A stretch of 64,000 nucleotides of DNA, taken from positions 15,810,001 through 15,874,000 of the forward strand of contig CM075988.1 in the NCBI GenBank assembly GCA_038087875.1, in the 5' to 3' direction. The notes below the pieces were generated by a model. The model searched no databases. It was not told the origin of the DNA and saw only the letters and a program-made list of their open reading frames with translations. Position 1 is the stretch's first letter, and each line of letters starts with the position of its first letter. The translations under genes were made by a program, and so were the position numbers. The DNA comes from Malacoraja senta (taxonomy: Eukaryota). This document shows positions 51,131 through 61,393 of the stretch, one piece after another.

Positions 51131-51954
51131 ACATTAAGGGATGACTATATCCCTGATGCTGAGATGTGGAGCGCCAGCAAAAGAGGCTCTGTGAATTCAC
51201 CTTGTCCATATAGACTGACTGTGAGCAGGTGGGGGCTTGGAAATGAGATCAGTATGATCTAGTCCTCTTTTGGGAACACTGGAGAACATGAAGCACAAAA
51301 ACGTGTAACGAAGAATTAGTTTATCAGAATGATGATAGCACATTTATATAAGAAGAGAAAAATCTGCCACACATACCAAGTTCTGGTTAGATGACAACAG
51401 TTCTGAGCATCACACCCTAGAAAGGTTAAGCTAGGCCTTGGAATGCATGAGCAATTGCTAGAATGTTCAACGTGTTAGACCATGCGGAGACTTTACATCA
51501 ATTCGAATGGGGTTCCAGGGCTACGGATTTTGAGTTTGAGTTTGAGTTTGAATGATTTAAGTTTTCCAAGTTAAAAAGTAATGTTTTAGGAAGTTTTAGG
51601 AACTTTCTGTTGCAGTGGTGGAATCTAGGAAAAGTCGATATAACCATAAACTCAGACTTCGACCATTCATGAGTCCCCTTGTGTTCTTGCATGACCACTT
51701 ACTTGCTTTGTATCACATATCCCAATAATATGCAGCTATCTCTCAGCCTCTGCAGTTACTTGCTTGTCTCACACTAAACACAGTAACTATCTCACACGTC
51801 TTGGTTAATGCAGTGTCCCTGAAGGGGGCTGTTCTAAGCACCAACAGCTATGGGAGGTCAATGCCAGGATTCAGCCCCAGGGGTCAAGATGTGGTTATAC
51901 AAATAACTTATTAAGTGTGGTCAAGTTCATTGATTTGTTTTAATCTTTTATTCA

Positions 51955-53720
51955 TTTACAGGATATAAGACACAGGAGCAGAGTTAGGCTATTCGGCCCA
52001 TTGAGTCTGCTCCACCATTCGTTCATGGCTGATCTATTTTTTCCACTCACTCCCATTTCCTGCCTTCTCCCTGTAACCTTTGATGCCCTTACTAATTAAC
52101 AACCTGTCAATCTCCACTTTAAAAATATCCAGTGACTTGGCCTCCACAGCCATCTGTGGCAATGAATTCCACAGATTCACCACCCTCTGGCTAAAGAAAT
52201 GTCTCCTCATCTCCATTCTAAAGATGTCTATTTACTCTGGTCTCAGACTCTCCCACCATTGGAAATATCCTCTCCACATTCACTCTATCTAGGCCTTTCA
52301 TTATTCGGTAGGTTCAATTAACTTCCCACTCATCCTTCTAAACTCCAGCGAGTACAGACCCAGATCTATCAAACGCTCCTCATACGTTAACCCAATCATT
52401 CCCAGGATCATTTGCGTAAACCTCTTCTGGACTCTCCAACATCCCTCTTTAGATATGGGGCCCAAAACTGCTCACAATATTCTAAATGTGGCCTGACCAG
52501 TGCCTTATATAGTCTTAGCATTACATCCTGGCTTTTATATTCTAGTCCTCTCAAAATGAATGCCAACATTGCATTTTCCTTCCTTACCACTGACTCCACT
52601 GCAAATCAAGTCAAGTCAAGTCACATTTATTTATATAGCACATTTAAAAAAACAACTCTCGTTGGCCAAAGTGCTTTATATTTGTTATAAGAATAGCACA
52701 AACAAAACAAACTACATACATATATACATGTAGCCCTCACTCAGAGGACATCAGGAAAGGCTTTGGGAGTATAGATAAGTCTTTAGTCTTGACTTAAAAG
52801 AGTCGATGGAGGGGGCAGTTCTAATGGGAAAGGGGATGCTGTTCCACAGTCTAGGGGCTGCAAACCGCAAAGGCGCGGTCGTCCCTGAGCTTATGCCTAG
52901 ACCGTGGAATATTCAGCAACCCCAAGTCGGCCGATCTGAGGGCCTGGAGGTGGAGTGGTGGGTGAGAAGACTTTTTATGTAGGTGGGGGCAAGCCCATTG
53001 AGGGCTTTGTAGACATGGAGGAGGATCTTGAAGTTTATACAGAACCGCACAGGGAGCCAGTGGAGAGAAGCCAGGATCGGGGTGATGTGGTCCCTTTTTC
53101 GGGTGCCCGTCAGGATTCTCGCTGCGGCGTTTTGGACCAGTTGCAGGCAGGACAGGGAAGATTGGCTGATGCCAGTGTAAAGGGAGTTGCAGTAATTTAT
53201 GCGGGAGGAGATGAATGTGTGGATGATGTTTTCGAGGTCATCAAAGTGGAGGAATTGTTTTATTTTAGCTATCGTCCGAAGCTGAAAGAAGCTAGCTTTT
53301 ACCACGGCATTGACTTGTTTGTCAAATTTCAGTGCTGAGTCAAATATCACGCCAAGGTTTTTGACGTGAGGTTTGAGTAGTGGGGTAAGGCTTCCAAGGC
53401 TGCCTGCTATCATTTTGATTGAGTCCGAGGGGTCGAGAAGGATGACCTCAGATTTACTCTCGTTTAGTTGGAGAAATTAACCTTTTGAGAATCCTGCATG
53501 AGCACTTTCAAGACCCTCTGCACCTCCGATTTCTGAATCTTCTCCCCATTTAGAAAATAGTTTACACCTTTATTCCTTCTACCAAAGTGCATGACCATAC
53601 ATTTGCGACATTGCATTCCATTTGCCTCTTCTTTGCCCACTCTCCCAACCTGTCGGTCCTTCTGCAGACTCCATGCTTCCTCAACATTACCTGCCCCTCC
53701 ACCTATCTTCGTATCATCCG
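51955..53720 (-). mobile_element. CR1-clade LINE 3' fragment, interrupted by the L2
   Basis: LYKALVRPHLEYCEQFWAPY; RRHFFSQRVVNLWNSLPQ. Confidence 0.9.
52607..53478 (-). mobile_element. 5'-truncated L2-clade LINE nested in a CR1 copy
   Basis: VKNLGVIFD, SRINYCNSL, LQLVQNAAARILT, HITPILASLHWLPV; (TTGAC)n 3' tail at 52607-52622. CR1 sequence resumes at about 53478. Confidence 0.93.
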
Positions 53721-53729
53721 AAGTGTTCC

Positions 53730-54830
53730 TATGTGTTTGCCACTCTTATCCTTGTTGGTAATGCTGGCTGTGGTTTCTGGCAAGCATTTTGGAATAGACT
53801 AGATAAAGAATCTTGTAGTTTGTATACAAGGAAGGAGTAAATAGTGCTAATTATGTGCACTATTTTGTCCTTGATGGGATTGAACTAAGTGTTGTTGGAC
53901 TTGCACCAATTTAAACAAGTGGAGAATATTTACTTTCCCTTTAGGAATGTGGTCAGACTTTCAGGAGGTGAGCCACTTGCTGCAGGCTACCTGACCTCTA
54001 ACCTGCTGTTACAACACAATGTGTATCTTTGCAGTTGTCATTCTAGTCAGTGGTGATCCTGTCCCAAAATATTGATGGTGAGGGATTTGGTGACGTAATA
54101 CCTTTGAATGTCAAAGGTGGGTGGTTAGAACCTCATTGGAGATGGGTCATTGCCCAGTTCTTGTGTTGAGTTATAGAGTCACACAACACAGAAACAGGCC
54201 CTTCAGCTCAACTCGTCCGTGCTGAGCAAGATGATCCATCTAAGGTGGTCCCATTTGCCCACATTTGACCATATCCCTTTAAACCTTTCCTATCCATGCA
54301 TCCATCCAAGTGTCTTTAAATGTTGTTATTGTAGCTGCCTCAGCTGCCTCCTCTGGCATCTCATTCCATAAACTCACCACCCTCTGAATGAAGTTAATGT
54401 TCACTGTTATATATCACCAAATGGCCTGACTGTTGCTTTGGTCTTTTTCCATATTGGCATGAACTGTTACAGTATCGGAAGAGTTGTGAGTAGAATTAAA
54501 CATTATACGTTTATCAGTGAACATTCCCACTTCTGAACTTGTGATGGAGGGCAATTCATTTGTGAAGCAGCCGGAGATGACTGGGCTGAGATACTGCCAT
54601 GAGGAACTCCTATAGTGATGAGCTGGGATAATTGATCTCCTACAGCCACAACCTGCTTGTTTTGTGCAAGATCTAACCAACCATTGAAATGTTTTCTTCT
54701 TGACTTTAATATTATCAGAGCTGCTTCATGCTACAGTTAAAGGCTTCCTCAATGTCAAGGGGACTCAATTTCCCCTCACCTCATGAGTTCAGAGCATTGG
54801 CCCATGTTTGGTCCAAGGTTTGACCAATTC
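53730..54830 (-). mobile_element. Ancient CR1/L2-group LINE RT remnant, with a younger CR1 tail nested at about 54175-54390
   Basis: GVPHGS and CFTNELPSITSSEVGMFTD (degenerate FINDLP...FADD). Confidence 0.7.
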
Positions 54831-56189
54831 TTCAACTGTTTGAAGGCAATGTAAGCAATTCCTTCCATCACTACTGATTATTGGCTCTCAAAAACAATCC
54901 CATGCTCCCACTAATTTTCCCTGTAAACTATCTTCCCTGCTTTCCCATTGACTCCAAATCCCATTCTGGGGACACTTTACAGTGGCCAATTAACCCACCA
55001 TCTTGTCTTTCTTTGGGACATGGGAAGAAATTGGAGCGCCCAGAGGAATTCCGTAAAATTACAGGAAGAATGTACAAATTCCACGCAGACATCACCGGAG
55101 ATCAGGATTGAACCTGGCTGACTGGAGCAGTGAGGGAGCAGAACTTCCAGCTCTTCCCAAAGCTTTTTCCTGGTGTTTTTCACCAGCGGGTCAATATTTA
55201 AGGTAGGACATTAGGAGGTAATCAGGATGAGGTTTCTTGTCCATGTTTAACCCAATACCATAAGATTTCATTGGGTTACGGAGCACTGAGAAATCCTCAC
55301 ATCCATTTGTATTGCCTGTTTTTTAGCCGGCACCAGTACTTCTGCTCATGGTGAGAAGCATTATGAATGGGAATTAGGATTGGATTCTTTGAAAGCAAAA
55401 CTTCATCAGTTCTACTCTGACTGTAAAATTAGCTTTTTTTGTGCTCTGCCCCCTTCCACTTCCTCATTCTCGGTTTCTCCACAATTATCAGCAAGGTCCA
55501 GGCTTGTGTGGCTGTGTGTTCATGCAGATTAAGGGGGATGGAAATGAATAAGAATTGTTTTGCTCTGTGCAGCAAAGTTCCTCCAGAGTTGTATTCACAG
55601 TGAAAGCAATGTTGGAGGACACCTACTGTAAGTTCTTTGCTCTGTTGATGGCAGAAAGGTTTTCATAGGAGAGGTGATGATACCAGGCAGCAGAATGATC
55701 AGTATCTGCGACCAGTTTTGAACCGCGCTCAAAAACCAGAGTAGAATGCAGCAAAATAGTGGTCACGTTGTTTGAAACTGGCCTGACCAATTCTCTGTTC
55801 CTTTCACCTTTGGAACCGACTACCTGGAGATGCTGGGAATGTGATTCAGAGGAGCTGGGACACAGACCATGAACCAGGTGGAGCACACAGCCAAGGTGAA
55901 GCAGAATCTGGAAATGAGGCGACAGTGTTTTCTTTGGATTCCGTGAGAGGATCTGGTCACCTGGTGGGACATGCTTTTGATGTTCCTGTTCATGCTGTAG
56001 ATATGGCCCATTTCCTGCTTCTGCCCTTGGCCGTCAATATGGGCATCTTCCATTTCATTTGAACATCCAGATCATGGATCATATCCACAGGGATGCCATG
56101 TACAAATCTACAAGCACATTCAACATAGCCCTCATCACTTGTGTCTGTGTCAAGCTGTATGTAAACACTGTATACACATACTCAATGTC

Positions 56190-57245
56190 ATTTAGAGATA
56201 GAGATTTAGAGATTCCTTTATTTGTCATTCAGACCTTTCGGTCTGAACGAAATTTCGTTGCCTGCAGTCATACATATAACAATAAATGACAAAACACACA
56301 ATAAACACAAATTAACATCCACCACAGTGAGTTCACCAGGTACCTCCTCACTGTGATGGAGGCAAAAGTCTTAAAGTCTCTGTCTCTTCCCGCTTTCTTC
56401 TCCCTCTGCGCTGAGGCGATCCAGGCTTCTGATGCTGTGGCCCCGCCGGGCGACGGTAAGCCAGTCCAGCGGCCGAATCCGTGCTCCGCGACGGGCCGGT
56501 TCAAACTCCGCGGCCCGGGGTGGTCGAAGCTGCCGAAGCTGCCGCCCTCCAGTCCAGCGGACGCAGCTGTAGTTGCGGGAGCCCCAGAAAAACAGGTCAC
56601 CAACCTGTGACCTGCGCGCTCCCGACGATGTCGTCCACTGGGCCCGCGGCCGAGCCTCCGGATTCAGGTCGCCACCAGTATCCTCGGTCGCCACCGCCGG
56701 AACGCCACCGCAGCCCCGAAGCCGGCCAGCCTCGCGCTCCCGAAGATGTCGTCCACCGGGCCTGCGGCCGAGCCTCCGGATTCAGGTCGCCACCAGTGTC
56801 CTCGGTCGCCACCGCCGGAACGCCACCGCCATCGCCACCGCCGGAACGCCACCGCAGCCCCGAAGTTGGCCAGCCTCGTGCTGGTAAGTCCTGGCTCTGC
56901 CTCCGGAGCCTCGATGTCGGTCGGTCGCTCGCAGTTGGAGTTGGAGGCCGGCAGCTCGCAGTTGGAGTTGGAGGCCGGCAGCTCCGCCATTTTGGCCTCA
57001 GCGCAGACGGAGGCAGAGAAGGGGGACACGACAAGAAAAAGTCGCATTCCCCCGAAGGAAGAGACAAAAGTCATGTTTCACCCCCCCCACCCCCCCACCC
57101 CACACCCCCCCACCCCACACCCCACACATACACAACCCAATAAACTAAAATTTAGCTGAAACAGGATAAAAGTAAACAACAAAAAAAGTAAAAACAGACG
57201 GACTGCAGGCGAGCCGCTGCTGTACGACAGCGCCACCACTTCCGG
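56190..57245 (-). mobile_element. Second, diverged member of the GC-rich non-autonomous element family, with an internal 118-bp tandem duplication
   Basis: Minus strand starts CCGGAAGTGGTGGCGCTG, has the same hairpin (56318-56360) and an (ATCTCTAA)-like tail. Duplicated units start at 56615 and 56733. Confidence 0.65.
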
Positions 57246-58179
57246 AACAAGTACGGTGATGTACAGGTACAAGGAAATTCTTGCTGCTCCAGTGTTGTGA
57301 AGGATGAGACTGGCCAAGTTACTGAAGAACATTCTTTTCACTTGGACCATGAAACCATCCCTCACAGAATATTTGTGCAAAAAAAACAACTTTGACCACA
57401 TCAACCTGCCAACTGTCTACACAGAAGGTTCTGCAGCAGAAGACAGCGGATCCTATCACATGGTTCTCTGAGCAAATCATCAAATTATGTGGGGAATGCT
57501 ACATTGCAAATCCTTCTAAAATCTTGCTTGGCTGGTGGCAAGAAGGGGCTATCCTGTCAGAGCATACTGGCTAGTTGCAACACAGCCTGGTTTAGTAATT
57601 TGAATGCCCAAGAACAAAAGAGGTTACAGCAAGTGGTAGCCTGGTCCATCATGGACATTGATCTATCCAGTAGGGAATCTACAGAGAGCACTGCCTCCAA
57701 AAGGCAGCTAATATCATCAAAGACCCACACCTGACCACACTTTCATCTCGCTGCTACCATTAGGGAGAAGATACTGGAGCCTGAGAACCATGATCTCCAG
57801 TTTCAAGAACTGCTCTTTCCCTATACCGTCAGACTCTTGAACCACCCTACACAACACTAACCAGAAACCTACCACAACAACAATCCACTATGGACTTTGT
57901 TTCGGTTGCGCAACGTACATTAGTTCGTACTATTATGGCCTGCTTACCAAGCATAGGAATTGATTATTGTATTTTTATTTGTTGTGTTGTTGCATTAACG
58001 TGTATGTAAAACCACAACAAGTCAGAATTGTTCTGTTGCTGGTGCATATGAGAATTATATACTCTTGACTCTTGAGACCCTTCAAGCACAGAGTGCCAGT
58101 CCCACTGCACACTGGAGTCAAGGTTGCTGCAGTATGTATGAGACAATCATCCAGATCCTCATGGACTGTTTCCCAAGAA

Positions 58180-58640
58180 AGTCATAGAGTCTTACAGCAT
58201 GGAAACAGGCCCATCAGCCCAACTTGCCCACACTGGCCAGTATGTCCCACCTGCACTAGTCCCATCTACCTGTGTTTGGCCAATATCCCTCTAAACCTGT
58301 CCTATTCATGTAACTGTCTAAATGTACCTGCATCAACACGTTCCATACACCCACCACCCTTTATGTGAAAAAGTTACCCCTCGGCTTCCTAGTAAATCTT
58401 TTCCCCCCTCACCTATGTCCTATGGTTTTCGATTCCCCCAACTCTGGACAAGAGACTCTGTGCATCTACCTGATCTATTCCTCTCATAATTTTATACACC
58501 TCTATAAGATCACACCACATCCTCCTGCGCTCCAAGGAATAGAGTCCGAGCCTACTCAACCTCTCCCTTAAGCTCAGACCCTCGAATTCTGGCAACATCC
58601 TCGTAAATCTTCTCTGTACCCTTTCCATGTTGACAACATC
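58180..58640 (-). mobile_element. CR1 LINE 3' fragment
   Basis: MERVQRRFTRMLP...LYSLERRR...DLIEVYKIMRG. Confidence 0.9.
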
Positions 58641-58895
58641 AAGGGAGGCTGAGCAGTTGAATGCTGGAGTCAGAGAAATATGGTTAGGATGTTCAAGATT
58701 TGGACGTGGATATTGATCCGTTATTTTGATATGGGCCTATAAAGAGCTGTGTTAAAGTTTGCAGACAAACCTAAAACATCTCTGTAATTAAATTTCCAGA
58801 CTTGATGCCATTGCCAGGAGTTTATGATGAAGTAACAGAATGGACTTAATTGCAGTGGATGAAATCGTGTCTTATGTTTGAGGTAGATCATTTAA

Positions 58896-59200
58896 GGCGG
58901 CACGCTGACGCAGAGATAGTTGCCACCTTACAGGGCCAGAGATCCGGGTTCAATCCTGACTATGGGTACTGTTTGTACGGAATTTGTACATTCTCCCTGT
59001 GACCGCGTGGGTTTACCCTGAGTGCTCCATTTTCCTCCCATACTCTAAAGATGTACAGGTTTGTAGGTTAATTGGCTTTGGTAAAGATTGTAAATTGTCC
59101 CTGGTGTGCAGGATAGTGCTAGAGTGAAGGGATCGCTGGTCAGCATGAACTCGGTGGGCCGAAGGGCCTGTTTCTGTGCCGCACCTCTCTAAGCTCTAAA
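58896..59200 (+). mobile_element. HE1/V-SINE-like SINE
   Basis: Same head, body and tail as 60276-60580. Confidence 0.85.
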
Positions 59201-60275
59201 TGTGGGGGAATAAAGTAACAATTTTATTTGGGGAGAATAAATAAGTGAATGAAAAGCAGAGGGAGATGAGGCTTTGGATTTTCAACAGATTACATGCAGC
59301 ATTTGGCATGCCATAATTAAAACTATTGGACATCTGAAATGTTGAAGTGAAAATATCAAAATGTGCATCCATACCAAATCATATGGTTACAGTTAGAAGA
59401 TCGTATGCATTTAGGGATATCACGATATTGATTGCACGATAAATTCAATTTATCTTTGGCCCACCGAGTCCATGTCGACCATCGATTACCTAGTCACACT
59501 AGTTCTGTTATCCCAATTTTTAATATATTCTCGACACACTGGTGGCAATTTACAGAGGCCAGTTAACCAATAAATCTACCTTCGATTTAAACCAGCATCT
59601 GCAGTTATTTCTTACACAACCTATAAACCCACACGTCTTTGGGATATGGGAGGAAACCGGAGCACCTGGAGGAAACCCATCCGGTCGTAGGAATACGTGC
59701 AAACTCCACACAGACAGCTCAGTATCGGAAGGAATCAGACGGTATACTGCACATTCACTGCGTTGCTGTGAGAAATGTAAAGCAAGATTCTTTTTTGTTT
59801 CACTCAACGAGATTGTGGAGTTTCTTTTAGTTGTGTTTACCTTTACAACAGTGGTTAAAAATCAAATTCTCTTATGATTGAGATGCAGAAATATAGGGCT
59901 GAGAGCATGAGAATTGTACAATTCTAGACTAAGACAATATTGAAGAATAGCTTGGTACGATTAGGATTCTGTTTGTGTGGAGGTGAATGCATGTTAATTT
60001 GACTGAACATTTTGTGTTGCAATTTCTGAGCATGTCTATCATATTTAGATCTCATCCTCTTTGAAGTAGATAAAGCATTAATAGAATGTAGTGTGTACCT
60101 TGTTGCCCCTTGGTGGCACTGTACTTAGAATGAAATACTTTTAAAACACTAAAATTGATATTTGTGCCAAACATTAGACCATTTGCTAATGGGCAGAGCC
60201 ACCAACAGGTGAGCATTGGCACTGCAACTATGCACAAATATTCCTGAAGGCAACATCTATGGGAAGAGAAACAGA

Positions 60276-60580
60276 GGGCGGCACGGTGGCGCAGCAGTAG
60301 AGTTGCTGCCTTAAAGTGCCAGAGATCCGGGTTCGATCCTAACTATGGGTACTGTCTGTACGGAATTTATACGTTCTTCCTGTGACCACGTGGGTTTTTC
60401 CAGGGTGCTAGCGTTTCCTCACACACTCCAAAGACGTACAAGTTTGTAGGTTAGTTGGCTTCGGTAAAGATTGTAAACTGTCCCGAGTGTAAGATAGTGT
60501 TAGTGTACGGGGATTGCTAGTCAGTGCAGACTCAGTGGGCCGAAGGGCCAGTTTTCGCACTGTATCTCTAAACTTAACTA
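60276..60580 (+). mobile_element. tRNA-derived SINE (HE1/V-SINE-like), full length; representative of about 15 copies
   Basis: A box TGGCGCAGCAGTAG, B box GGTTCGATCC, conserved body, CR1-like tail GGGCCGAAGGGCC...(CTAAA)n. Confidence 0.85.
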
Positions 60581-60587
60581 AGAGTAA

Positions 60588-60814
60588 AGGGCCTGTCCCA
60601 CTTTCACGACCTAATTCACGACCTCTGCCGAGTTTGCCCTTGACTCATACTCACAGCATGGTCGTCACGAGGTCGTAGGTGGTCGTAGGTAGGTCATGAT
60701 GCTAGTCGTAGGTGCTCGTGGCATCAAGGAGGTCGGGGCGTTTTTTCAACATGATGAAAAATGTCTACGAGTAAAAAAGGTCGTGAATTAGGTCGTGAAA
60801 GTGGGACAGGCCCT
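60588..60814. mobile_element. PIF/Harbinger-like MITE with CACGACC subterminal repeats
   Basis: Perfect 37-bp TIR AGGGCCTGTCCCACTTTCACGACCTAATTCACGACCT; flanks TAA / TTA. Confidence 0.85.
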
Positions 60815-61393
60815 TTACTGTTTCAGGTCGAAGATTCTTTGTTTTATGTGGCATGACCTGCAGAGTATTTCCTGCATTGCCTGTTTTCATTTTAGATTTC
60901 CAGCATCTGCAGATTTGTTTTGATTTTCAAATTTCTGAAGACATCAGCCTGGAATCATCTGAACTACTGGCCAGGAGTTACATGGGATTGGGAAGGCACG
61001 GAATTAATTTTGGTAGTGGGGGGATGTGCAGTAACTGAGCTCCAGGACCTGGTATATTTCTACATATGTTAGGAAACATATCAATGTGCATTATTTTGAA
61101 ATATGAAAAGGAATTAAAGCAGATGTTTCCTATTTCTCCACCCAGTAACTTCCCAATGCAAAGATAGGGTTCGAACGTTGGCTCTAAACTGAAGAATAAT
61201 ATTAACCTAAACAAAATCAATTAGTTGAACATACCTCCATGTGTATCCAACACCTATCCAAGTTGAGAAGATGGGCAGGAAGAAAGAGGTTTAATCTCTG
61301 GTTCGAATAGTCATTGAATCATATAGCACGGACGCAGGTTCTTTAGCCCAACCTGCCCATGCCAACCAATCCATTCTCTTTATGATCTTCACA

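Noticed and set aside
56268-57159. Long Pro/Arg/Ala-rich ORFs (up to 220 aa); similar ORFs at 15150-15675
   Set aside because: Open in most frames because of high GC and internal duplications within a repeat. No domain is recognisable.
60276-60350. tRNA gene-like A/B boxes in many places
   Set aside because: They are heads of tRNA-derived SINEs, always followed by the SINE body.
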